Assembly (NCBI GenBank): GCA_043800755.1
Contig: JAZDMQ010000077.1
Location: 1 to 37,496 of the forward strand
Reading direction: 5' to 3'
DNA from: a bacterium
GTDB taxonomy: Bacteria; Methylomirabilota; Methylomirabilia; CAVQYV01
Length of the DNA stretch: 37,496 nucleotides
Both the position numbers and the translations under genes were made by a program. The notes beneath the pieces were generated by a model. That model worked only from the letters and a program-made list of their open reading frames with translations. It did no database searches and was not told the DNA's origin. Below are positions 28,211-36,719 of the stretch, piece after piece (the first letter of the stretch is position 1; every line of letters starts with the position of its first letter).

Positions 28211-28552
28211 GTGAATGCGATGGTGGAAGATGCTGCAAAATCGGGGGGTGCCCCACAGAAAGTGGGCAAAGAGGAGATCGTCGAGTGGTGGAAGAAGAAA
28301 GCCCAGGAGGTGGGATCAGATATTGATGATCTGCGCATGTCCCGGGTCTCCAGCATTACGATGTTCTGGCTCTTTCTGCTCTTTGGGGCTTTCCTGGTCA
28401 TGGCCCTTCCCACGGTGAATACGCCGATCGAGGCCTGGGTGACCGTCTTTTCCGCGATCCTCTTTGCGGGTGTCGCGATTTGGGCGTTTTGGGGTTGGAA
28501 GAGGGCCAAGGCCAAATTGGCCGAGGCCGAGGCCCGTGTAGCTAAGAAATGA
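28211..28552 (+). CDS. Small two-TM membrane protein
   Basis: 113-aa ORF 7 nt after the symporter with two hydrophobic helices; start codon uncertain. Confidence 0.7.
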   Translation: MNAMVEDAAKSGGAPQKVGKEEIVEWWKKKAQEVGSDIDDLRMSRVSSITMFWLFLLFGAFLVMALPTVNTPIEAWVTVFSAILFAGVAIWAFWGWKRAKAKLAEAEARVAKK

Positions 28553-29142
28553 GCCCCGCCGAGATCGAGATACCGACGGAGGTCTTGCCTCGAGAGAAGG
28601 TCGAATCAATTCTTGCCAGATGGGAAAAAAAGAGGAGGGGGCTCTTAGGGCCCCTCCTCTTTCCTGACTCCTGCAAGCGCCGCCTGCTCCGCGTTGAGAA
28701 GGTTTATGTCCCCCATTACCTCTTCACCTTTCATCAGTCTGCGCGCTCCGGGACCGAGGTCCATTATGTCCTGGTCGATGCGGTCTGCGGGTTCGGCGCC
28801 TTCACCAATGTAGAACCGGAATTGCGCAAGGAGGGTCCGGAGGCGCCCGTCTTTGCCACCTTGGTCCCCCAGGAGAAGGCCCTGGCGAAGGCGAGGGATT
28901 GGCTGACCAAGTGGAACCTCCGCAAACACACCTTCCATTTGAAGCCCCCTGAGCTTTTGAGCTCGCGGGCCCTGCTCTTCCATTTTCCCTTCTGGGTGGC
29001 CTACTACCAGAGGCCCAGCGGGAGGATGGACCTGGAGGTGGTGGATGGGGTGCAGGGTTATATGGAGGGAGGAAGGACCAAGCACTTGATCCAGCAGGGC
29101 ATCGCCCTCCTGCAGAGATCAGGGGTGGATAGAGGGGGATGA
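28549..29142 (+). CDS. Hypothetical soluble protein
   Basis: ATGA overlap with the previous gene; internal two-fold pattern (Y.P...VDAV.G / F.PFW...VDGV.G). Confidence 0.7.
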   Translation: MSPAEIEIPTEVLPREKVESILARWEKKRRGLLGPLLFPDSCKRRLLRVEKVYVPHYLFTFHQSARSGTEVHYVLVDAVCGFGAFTNVEPELRKEGPEAPVFATLVPQEKALAKARDWLTKWNLRKHTFHLKPPELLSSRALLFHFPFWVAYYQRPSGRMDLEVVDGVQGYMEGGRTKHLIQQGIALLQRSGVDRGG

Positions 29143-29293
29143 TCGAGGACTGTCTTTGAACGAGTTTTTTTTGGGAATCATGATCTTTTGAACCTAATAA
29201 TAAGATGGGAATGGAGTTGCCCGCGTCCGAAGATCCCTCCCTTTTCCAGGGGGAGCTTCAACCGACCGGGGGATCTTGAGAGGAGGAGAGGTC

Positions 29294-30322
29294 ATGAAAG
29301 CAGCGGTGTTTACCGCTCCCTTTCGCATCGAGTTGAAAGAGGTTCCGGAGCCGGAGCCGGAGTCCCATGAGGTAAAGATCAAGGTGAAGGCCGCGGGGAT
29401 CTGCGGATCAGAGGTGCATGCCTACAACGGGACCCACCCCTTTCGACATCCTCCTGCCATCATGGGGCACGAGGTTTCGGGGGAGGTGGCCGAGGTAGGC
29501 TCCGCGGTTCGGAGATTCCGCCCCCGGGATCGGGTGGTGGTGGAACCCCAGAAGAGCTGTGGCAGCTGCATCTATTGCCAGGGAGGGGATTACTACGTCT
29601 GTAGGCAAAAGGTGGTCTTGGGGACCACGACCTGGAATGGGGCCTTCGGGGAATATGTCGTGGCCCCGGAGGGGATCGTCCATCCTCTGCCGGCCAACAT
29701 GAGCTACGAGGAGGGAGCCCTGGTGGAACCTCTCGCCGTCGGCCTTCATGCGGTGAGGCAATCGAGCGTCAAGCTGGGCTCCTCGGTGGTCATGATCGGC
29801 TCGGGGACGATCGGACTGGCCACCATGGCCTGTGCCCAGGCGCAAGGGGCCGGTCACATCATCGCCGCCGATGTCATCGAATTCAACCTGCAGATCGCCA
29901 AGAAGATGGGGGCCACGCGAGCCGTCAATGTGAAGCAGGAGAGACTGGAGGAGGTGGTCAAGAAGGAGGTCCATCCCGCCGGGGCGGAGATCGGGTTCGA
30001 CGCTGCGGGGTATCCCTCGGTGGTGGATGACCTTCTGGCGGTGGTGCGGAGGAAGGGGGAGATCGTTCTGATCGCCCTCTTCGAGGAGCCGGTGGTCATC
30101 AAGAACAGCTTCGGCATTATCGGCGGAGAGATGCACCTCAAGGGGGTCCAGATGTATGACCGGGCTGACTTCCTGGCGGCCATCGACATGATCAGCTTGC
30201 AGAGGATCGATGTAAAGCCCTTCATCACCCACCGCCTTCCGGTGGAGGAGGCGCAGAAAGGCCTGGAGATCCTCTATCGCAAGACCGAGGATGTCATCAA
30301 GGTCTTATTGATGTACCCCTGA
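29294..30322 (+). CDS. Zinc-dependent medium-chain dehydrogenase (sugar/polyol type)
   Basis: GICGSE, GHE, CGSCIYC...C, EPLAVG, GSGTIG; GGAGG RBS. Confidence 0.92.
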   Translation: MKAAVFTAPFRIELKEVPEPEPESHEVKIKVKAAGICGSEVHAYNGTHPFRHPPAIMGHEVSGEVAEVGSAVRRFRPRDRVVVEPQKSCGSCIYCQGGDYYVCRQKVVLGTTTWNGAFGEYVVAPEGIVHPLPANMSYEEGALVEPLAVGLHAVRQSSVKLGSSVVMIGSGTIGLATMACAQAQGAGHIIAADVIEFNLQIAKKMGATRAVNVKQERLEEVVKKEVHPAGAEIGFDAAGYPSVVDDLLAVVRRKGEIVLIALFEEPVVIKNSFGIIGGEMHLKGVQMYDRADFLAAIDMISLQRIDVKPFITHRLPVEEAQKGLEILYRKTEDVIKVLLMYP

Positions 30323-30359
30323 GGGGTGAAGAGAAAGCCCATTGGATAAGGAGGGAAAG

Positions 30360-31403
30360 ATGAAAGGCACAATGCGCGCCATAGTCAAGAGCAAGCCGGA
30401 GGTGGGGGCCGAGTTCAAGAAGGATTGGCCCATTCCCCAGATTGGCCCCAAAGACCTGCTGGTGAAGGTGAAGGTCTCGGCGATCTGCGGTTCCGATGTC
30501 CATATCTGGGACTGGACCCCCTATGCCCAGGCCCGCCTGAAGCTCCCCATGTCCTTCGGACACGAATTCTGCGGCGAGGTGGCCGAGATGGGGGAGAGGG
30601 TGGAAGGCTTCGAGGTAGGGGAGCTGGTGGCCGGGGAGACCCACATCCCCTGTGGCCAGTGTTACCAATGTAAGACGGGCCTGCAACACATCTGCCAGAA
30701 CATGAAGATCCTCGGCATCCACGCCCAGGGGGCCTTCGCCGATTATATGGCGATGCCCGCGGTCTGTGCCTGGAAGCTGCCCAAGGGATTCAATCCCGAG
30801 ATGGGGGCGATTTTGGAGCCGATCGGCGTGGGCACCCATGGGGCCCTGGTGGGGCCCGTGGGGGCGAAGACGGTGGCCGTATTGGGATGCGGCCCCATCG
30901 GCTGTTTCGCCATCGGGGTGGTCAAGGCCTGCGGGGCATTGAAGATCTATGCCTCGGATATCAGCGATATGCGCCTGGAGATCGCCAAGAAGATGGGGGC
31001 CACTATCACCTACAACGCCGATAAGGTGGATGTGACGGCGGAGATCCTGAAGGACACCGATGGGTGTGGCGTGGATGTGGTGCTGGATGTGAGTGGCGCA
31101 CCCGGTGCCATCAAGACGGGCATGAATGTGGTGCGCAAGGCGGGTCGGTTCACCTTCGTCGGCATCCCGGACCAGCAGGTGGTCCTGGATATCCCCAATG
31201 AATTCATCTACAAGGAGACGGAGGTGAAGGGGATCACCGGCCGCGTCATGTGGGAGACCTGGTTCCAGGTGACCAACCTGCTCTCCTCAGGCCTGCTCAA
31301 GGTGGATCCGGTGATCACCCATCGCTTCCCCCTGGAGGGATTCCAGGAGGCCTTCGAGAATGTGAAACATCGCAGGGGTGGAAAGGTCCTCTTCATTCAC
31401 TAA
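30360..31403 (+). CDS. tdh: L-threonine 3-dehydrogenase-like zinc dehydrogenase
   Basis: ICGSDVHIWDW, GHEF, GETHIPCGQCYQC, GITGRVMWETW (Tdh-like). Substrate not proven. Confidence 0.72.
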   Translation: MKGTMRAIVKSKPEVGAEFKKDWPIPQIGPKDLLVKVKVSAICGSDVHIWDWTPYAQARLKLPMSFGHEFCGEVAEMGERVEGFEVGELVAGETHIPCGQCYQCKTGLQHICQNMKILGIHAQGAFADYMAMPAVCAWKLPKGFNPEMGAILEPIGVGTHGALVGPVGAKTVAVLGCGPIGCFAIGVVKACGALKIYASDISDMRLEIAKKMGATITYNADKVDVTAEILKDTDGCGVDVVLDVSGAPGAIKTGMNVVRKAGRFTFVGIPDQQVVLDIPNEFIYKETEVKGITGRVMWETWFQVTNLLSSGLLKVDPVITHRFPLEGFQEAFENVKHRRGGKVLFIH

Positions 31404-31418
31404 AACAAGGGCCATTTC

Positions 31419-32540
31419 ATGAAGATCACGCGAGTTGAGACCATCCTCCTCTCCTATCCCATGGGGGAGGAGATGCGGGATTCCCGGCTGGCCTTTTCCC
31501 GCCGCTCCTCCCTCCTGATCAAGGTGGAGACCGACGCCGGGATCCATGGCTGGGGGGAATCCGCCTGCTATGGGGGACCGCTGCGCTCTACGGCGGCGGT
31601 GATCCAGGAGGAGCTGGCCCCTTATCTCATTGGAGAGGATCCCCTCTTTCCGGAGAGGCACTGGGACCGGATTTACCAGGGGACGATCATGCGGGGGCGC
31701 CGGGGCCTGATTATTGCGGCGATGAGTGGTCTCGACATCGCCCTGTGGGACATCTTAGGAAAGGCCTGCGGAAGGCCACTCTATCAGATTATGGGGGGCT
31801 TTTGCGATCGGATGCGGGCCTATGCCAGCGCCGGCTTCTACACCGATTCCAAAGGGAGGAGGGAGCTGGCGGGGGAGATGGCCTCCTATGTGGAAGAGGG
31901 CTATACGGCGGTGAAGATGAAGATCGGGGGCCTCTCGATGCAGGAGGATCTGGAGCGGATCCGGGCGGTGAGGGAGTCCATTGGACCGGAGATAGAATTG
32001 ATGGTGGATGCCAACTGTGCCTATTCCCCCAAGCAGGCCATGGCCATGGCCCAGCGGATGGAGGACTTGAATATCGCCTGGTTCGAGGAGCCGGTCCCCA
32101 CCGACAATGTGGAGGGGAGTGCCCGATTGGCGGCCTTTACCTCCATCCCCATTGCGGGCAATGAGAGCGAATTCAGCCGGTTTGGATTCCGCGATCTGAT
32201 CGTGGCATCTGCGGTGGACATCGTCCAGCCGGATTGCATCTGGACGGGAGGGATCAGCGAGTGCCGGAGGATCGCGGCGATCGCCTCGGCCTTCGGGCTG
32301 CCCTGCGTACCTCATTCCTTCTCCTCGGCGGTGGCCTTGGTGGCCAACATGCACCTGATTGCCTCCATCCCCAATGGCTATCTCCTGGAGATGGATCGCA
32401 ACCCTAACCCCCTGCGGGAGGAGCTGATCTCAGAGCCGATTCGCATTGATGGAAAAAGCTGGGTGGCCATGCCCCAGGGCCCGGGGCTGGGGATCGAGCT
32501 AAATGAGGACGTCCTACAGAAGTACCGGGTGGAGCGATAG
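31419..32540 (+). CDS. Mandelate racemase / muconate lactonizing enzyme family (acid-sugar dehydratase-like)
   Basis: DIALWDILGK, KMKIG, MVDAN, FEEP, GNES, QPD, PH, GPGLGI. Confidence 0.92.
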   Translation: MKITRVETILLSYPMGEEMRDSRLAFSRRSSLLIKVETDAGIHGWGESACYGGPLRSTAAVIQEELAPYLIGEDPLFPERHWDRIYQGTIMRGRRGLIIAAMSGLDIALWDILGKACGRPLYQIMGGFCDRMRAYASAGFYTDSKGRRELAGEMASYVEEGYTAVKMKIGGLSMQEDLERIRAVRESIGPEIELMVDANCAYSPKQAMAMAQRMEDLNIAWFEEPVPTDNVEGSARLAAFTSIPIAGNESEFSRFGFRDLIVASAVDIVQPDCIWTGGISECRRIAAIASAFGLPCVPHSFSSAVALVANMHLIASIPNGYLLEMDRNPNPLREELISEPIRIDGKSWVAMPQGPGLGIELNEDVLQKYRVER

Positions 32541-32641
32541 GAGGGACCAAGAAGGAACTTGAACGCTGGAGTGGTCGTCTAACGGGAGATTCAGAGGACA
32601 ATGGGGCGGCAGATTCGCCGCCCTCAACCAAGGAGGCAACA

Positions 32642-33505
32642 ATGGAAGAGAAGAAGGAAGAGCGAAAAAAGATCACCGCCCCCATGCTGACCGAGATGAA
32701 GCAGAAGGGGCAGAAGTTCAGCATGATCACCTGCTACGATTACCCCTTCGCGGTAATGGTGGATGCGGCGGGTATCGATGTCGTCCTGGTAGGTGATTCT
32801 TTGGGAATGACCATGCTGGGCTATGAGACTACGCTGCCGGTGACCATGGACATGATGATCCATCACGCCAAGGCCGTTCGCCGCGGGCTCAAGTACCCCC
32901 TCCTGATCGGGGACATGCCCTTCATGGCCTATCAGGCCTCGGTGGAGGAGGCGGTGCGTAACGCGGGCCGCTTCATGAAGGAGGCGGAGTGCGATGCCAT
33001 CAAGTTAGAGGGAGGCGCCCCGGTGATCCCCCAGGTCAAGGCGATCGTCCAAGCGGGAATTCCGATGATGGGGCACTTGGGCCTCACCCCGCAATCGATC
33101 TTTGCCTTCGGCGGCTTCAAGGCCCAGGGGAGGAGCGCCCTGGCCGCCAAGAAGATTATAGATGATGCCCTGGCATTGGAGGATGCGGGTGCCTTCGCGG
33201 TACTGTTAGAGTGCGTCCCGATGAAGGTGTCCGAGATCATCACCAAGAAGCTCACCGTGCCCACGGTCAGCATCGGGGCTGGGCTGGCCTGCGATGGGCA
33301 ATGCCTCATCTTCCACGACATGTTCGGCATGTTCCCCCGCTTCACGCCCAAGTTCGTCAAGAAGTACGGGAACGTCTTCGATGTGGTGGTAGGAGGCTTG
33401 AAGCAGTTTGCGGACGATATTCAGAAACAAACCTTCCCCGAAGAGCAGCACGGCTTCAAGATCCCGGATGCAGAGTTTCAACAGTTCCTGGATCTGCTCA
33501 AATAA
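32642..33505 (+). CDS. panB: 3-methyl-2-oxobutanoate hydroxymethyltransferase
   Basis: MITCYD, LVGDSLG, DMPF, KLEGG, GHLGLTPQS, IGAG..CDGQ, PKFVK. Confidence 0.93.
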   Translation: MEEKKEERKKITAPMLTEMKQKGQKFSMITCYDYPFAVMVDAAGIDVVLVGDSLGMTMLGYETTLPVTMDMMIHHAKAVRRGLKYPLLIGDMPFMAYQASVEEAVRNAGRFMKEAECDAIKLEGGAPVIPQVKAIVQAGIPMMGHLGLTPQSIFAFGGFKAQGRSALAAKKIIDDALALEDAGAFAVLLECVPMKVSEIITKKLTVPTVSIGAGLACDGQCLIFHDMFGMFPRFTPKFVKKYGNVFDVVVGGLKQFADDIQKQTFPEEQHGFKIPDAEFQQFLDLLK

Positions 33506-33517
33506 GGAAGGCATCCC

Positions 33518-33548
33518 AGGTCCCAGGTGATCCACCTGGGACCTTTTT
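33518..33548 (+). terminator. Rho-independent terminator after panB
   Basis: Perfect 12-bp stem aggtcccaggtg/cacctgggacct, 3-nt loop, followed by a T-run. Confidence 0.8.
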
Positions 33549-33586
33549 CTTATTGAACCCATGATAGTGAGTTTGAGGAGAATGGG

Positions 33587-34429
33587 ATGATTTCACAGAA
33601 AAGCCTGAGTGACCTGGAGGCGAAGGCACGAGCGATCCGGGCCAGCGTCATCCGCATGGTCTACACGGCCCAGTCGGGCCACATTGGCCCCAGCCTCTCC
33701 ATCGCCGATCTGCTGGCGGTGCTTTACTTTCAGGTGCTACGGATTGATCCCGCAAACCCCGGCTGGCCCGCTCGGGATCGGCTTGTCCTCTCCAAGGGAC
33801 ACGCCTGTGCCAGCTGGTATGCCGCCCTGGCGGAACGGGGCTATTTCCCCAAGGAGGAGCTTTTGACCTTCCGCCAGCTGCACAGCCGACTGCAGGGCCA
33901 CCCGGATATGGTCAAGACGCCGGGGGTGGACATGACGGCTGGTTCCCTGGGCCATGGCCTCTCAGCGGGGCTGGGCATGGCCCTGGCCGCCCGCATTGAT
34001 GGCCTGAATTACCGCACTTATGTAATCTTGGGAGACGGGGAGATCCAGGAGGGGCTGATCTGGGAGGCGGCCATGGCGGCCCCCCAGATCAAGTTGGACA
34101 ACCTGGTGGCCATTATCGACTATAACCGCTGGCAGAGCGGGGGCGCGGTCGGGGAGATCATGCCCTTAGAGCCGCTTTCCTTGAAGTGGCAAGCCTTCGG
34201 CTGGGCCACCCAGGAGATCGACGGCCACAACCTAAGGGCGATCTTAGAGGCCTTCGCCCGGGCAGAGGCCACCAAGGGCCAGCCCTCGGCCATCATCTCT
34301 CACTCCACCAAGGGAAAGGGGGTCTCCTTCATGGAGAACGACAACAAGTGGCACATGACCGCCCCCACCCGGGAGGAGGCCGAGAAGGCCTTGCAGGAGC
34401 TGTTAGAGGAGGAGGTGAGGCTCTCATGA
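33587..34429 (+). CDS. Split transketolase, N-terminal subunit, copy 2
   Basis: SGHIG..LS, LSKGH, LQGHPD, GSLGHG, GDGEIQEG..WEA, KGKGVSFME. Confidence 0.93.
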   Translation: MISQKSLSDLEAKARAIRASVIRMVYTAQSGHIGPSLSIADLLAVLYFQVLRIDPANPGWPARDRLVLSKGHACASWYAALAERGYFPKEELLTFRQLHSRLQGHPDMVKTPGVDMTAGSLGHGLSAGLGMALAARIDGLNYRTYVILGDGEIQEGLIWEAAMAAPQIKLDNLVAIIDYNRWQSGGAVGEIMPLEPLSLKWQAFGWATQEIDGHNLRAILEAFARAEATKGQPSAIISHSTKGKGVSFMENDNKWHMTAPTREEAEKALQELLEEEVRLS

Positions 34430-35385
34430 ACGAGTCAAGATCGACCATCGAGGCGTTCGGCCAGAGCCTGCTGGCAGTGGGCCAGGAGCGGTCTGAGGTC
34501 GTGGTCCTGGTGGCCGACACCCTGAAATCCATGGGCGTCCTGCCCTTCAAACAGGCCTACCCGGAGCGGGTATTCGATCTGGGCATCGCCGAACAGAATA
34601 TGATGATGGCGGCCGCGGGCTTGGCCAGCACCGGGAAGATCCCCTTCGTGGCTAGCTATGCGGTCTTCCTTTCCATGCGCACCCTGGAGCAGATCCGGAC
34701 CTTCATCGCCTACCCGGGGCTGAAGGTGAGGGTGGTGGCGGGCCTGGGGGGCCTCTCCGGCGCCTTCGATGGGGTGACCCATCAGGGGACGGAGGACCTC
34801 TCCATCATGCGCGCCATCCCCAACATGACGGTGATCAACCCGGCGGATGCCGTTTCGGTAGAGAGGGCGGTGAGGGCCCTGGTGGATTGGCCAGGCCCGG
34901 CCTATCTGCGGTTGGCCCGGGTCAAGACCCCGGTCCTGTTCGGGGAGGATTATCAATTCCAGATCGGAAAGGCCAACTTGCTGCGGCCCGGGGGAGCCGA
35001 GGTGGCATTGATCGCCACCGGCCTCCCGGTGCGCCTGGCCCTGGAGGCGGCGGATCTGCTGAAGAGGGATGGGATCTCCGCCTCGGTCTTAGAGTGCCAC
35101 ACCCTCAAGCCGATTGATAGAGAGGCCCTGCTGGCCCTTGCCTCCCAGTGCGGGGCGGCGGTCACCATCGAGGAGAATAACATCGTGGGGGGATTGGGAT
35201 CGGCGGTGGCGGAGACCCTGTCCGAGGCCCATCCCATCCCCATCGTGCGAGTCGGCATCCGAGATTGTTACAGCGAATCTGCTTCCCAGGATCAGCTGTG
35301 TGAGCAGGCCGGGCTGACGGTGGAGAATGTGGTGAGGGCGGCCCAGCGGGCCATCGCTCTGAAACGGAAGACGGCGAAGAGGTGA
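34426..35385 (+). CDS. Split transketolase, C-terminal subunit, copy 2
   Basis: ATGA overlap; GIAEQN, DGVTHQGTED, TLKPID, GGLGSAV. Start trimmed to MNESRS. Confidence 0.92.
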   Translation: MNESRSTIEAFGQSLLAVGQERSEVVVLVADTLKSMGVLPFKQAYPERVFDLGIAEQNMMMAAAGLASTGKIPFVASYAVFLSMRTLEQIRTFIAYPGLKVRVVAGLGGLSGAFDGVTHQGTEDLSIMRAIPNMTVINPADAVSVERAVRALVDWPGPAYLRLARVKTPVLFGEDYQFQIGKANLLRPGGAEVALIATGLPVRLALEAADLLKRDGISASVLECHTLKPIDREALLALASQCGAAVTIEENNIVGGLGSAVAETLSEAHPIPIVRVGIRDCYSESASQDQLCEQAGLTVENVVRAAQRAIALKRKTAKR

Positions 35386-35449
35386 CAGGACCCTTTGGAT
35401 AGTGGTTGTATCCTGACGGTGATTACCTCACGGTAAGGAGGGGAGAGGC

Positions 35450-36217
35450 ATGATCCTCTATAAGATGAAGTGGCCGGAAGTGAAGGCGGAGGTGGAGAAG
35501 GGCACCCCGGTGCTAATTCCAGTGGGCTCCACCGAGCAGCATGGCTACCACTTGCCCTTGGATACGGATATGGCCATCTGCTACCATGTGGCGGAGAAGG
35601 CGGCGGAGCGCTCGGGCACCATCGTCGCTCCCCCCCTCAACTTCGGCTACAATGAGAAGGAGTGGATGTTTCCGGGGACCATCTCACTCCAGAGCGAGAC
35701 CCTGCTCCATTGCCTGGTGGACATCTGCCTCAGCCTGGCGCGTTCCGGCTTTCGGCGCCTGGTGATCATCAATGGCCACGGCTATAACCGGTTCATTGTG
35801 CCCCAGGCGGCCCACATCGCCATGGAGAAGTCCGATGCCTTAGTGGCGGCCATCACCTACTGGGACCTGATCGCCGATCTGGTGGAGAAGCACCGGGAAT
35901 CGAAGTTGGGAGGGATCTCCCACTCCTGCGAGTTTGAGACCTCCTGCAAGCTCTATCTCGACCCCGAGCATGTGGAGATGAACAAGGCGGTGGAGGAGAT
36001 CCCCCCCATCCTGTCCAAATATACCTGGAGCGACCTCGCCTCTGCCTCCCCGGTCTACATCCGGGCCCGCTTTGACAAGCTCAGTAAGTCCGGGGTGATG
36101 GGCAATCCCTTGGTGGCCTCTGCGGAAAAGGGAAAGATCTGGGTGGAGGCGGCCATCGAACGCCTGGCTGATTTCATGGAGAGCTTCAAGAAGGACTTCG
36201 ATCACCTGCTGCCGTAA
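35450..36217 (+). CDS. Creatininase family amidohydrolase
   Basis: PVGSTEQHG.HLPLDTD, FPGTI, NGHG.N, H..EFETS, GVMG.P..AS.EKG. Confidence 0.92.
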   Translation: MILYKMKWPEVKAEVEKGTPVLIPVGSTEQHGYHLPLDTDMAICYHVAEKAAERSGTIVAPPLNFGYNEKEWMFPGTISLQSETLLHCLVDICLSLARSGFRRLVIINGHGYNRFIVPQAAHIAMEKSDALVAAITYWDLIADLVEKHRESKLGGISHSCEFETSCKLYLDPEHVEMNKAVEEIPPILSKYTWSDLASASPVYIRARFDKLSKSGVMGNPLVASAEKGKIWVEAAIERLADFMESFKKDFDHLLP

Positions 36218-36239
36218 GCGCACAAGGGCGAAAGGGTGA

Positions 36240-36263
36240 GGATTTCAGGGTTCAAGGATTCAA
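36240..36263 (+). repeat. Three imperfect 8-bp tandem units (ggatttca / gggttcaa / ggattcaa)
   Basis: Read directly, just downstream of the creatininase stop. Confidence 0.5.
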
Positions 36264-36315
36264 GTCTTTGGGATTCCCATTGCAATCTGACCTCTGGCCC
36301 CTCCTCCATCCAGCA

Positions 36316-36345
36316 TTGACTTCCGATGCCGAGTAGAGCTATGGT
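36316..36345 (+). promoter_or_regulatory. Putative sigma70 promoter
   Basis: TTGACT-N18-TATGGT upstream of the structured region and protease gene. Confidence 0.4.
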
Positions 36346-36477
36346 GAATCGGAACTGAATCTGGAGCACTCTTTGTGCTTCAGGTCAACTCAACAAGGGA
36401 TCGATGGCTCCATTTGATAGCCGCTTTGGCAGCCCGGCTTCAGCCGGGGGGCAATGGCTTTTGGCGCAAAGGGTCGC

Positions 36478-36646
36478 CGGTCCGGCCACCCCCCCCGCTC
36501 CCGCGGTTATTCGCTCGTGCGAGCTCGGCGGCCGAGAACTCGCCCTCCTCCCAAAGCCCATCGGAGGGCTCAGACAGCTCGGCCTGACTTCCCCGAGCTC
36601 TCCTCGCTCATCAGCGCCCAAGGTCGCTCAGGCGCCGGCCGGACCG
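36478..36646. repeat. Nested palindromic element (about 170 bp)
   Basis: Four nested inverted pairs: cggtccggcc/ggccggaccg, gagctcgg/ccgagctc, ggccgag/ctcggcc, gccctcc/ggagggc. Confidence 0.65.
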
Positions 36647-36719
36647 AAGAGAAAGAGTGCGCGGAGCCTGCCCGGCGGCATCGCCTCGAACACTGCGCAG
36701 GAAAGGGAGGAGGGAATCC

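Noticed and set aside
36240..36263. 8-bp tandem units as a CRISPR or contingency locus
   Set aside because: Only three short imperfect units, no spacers and no cas genes.
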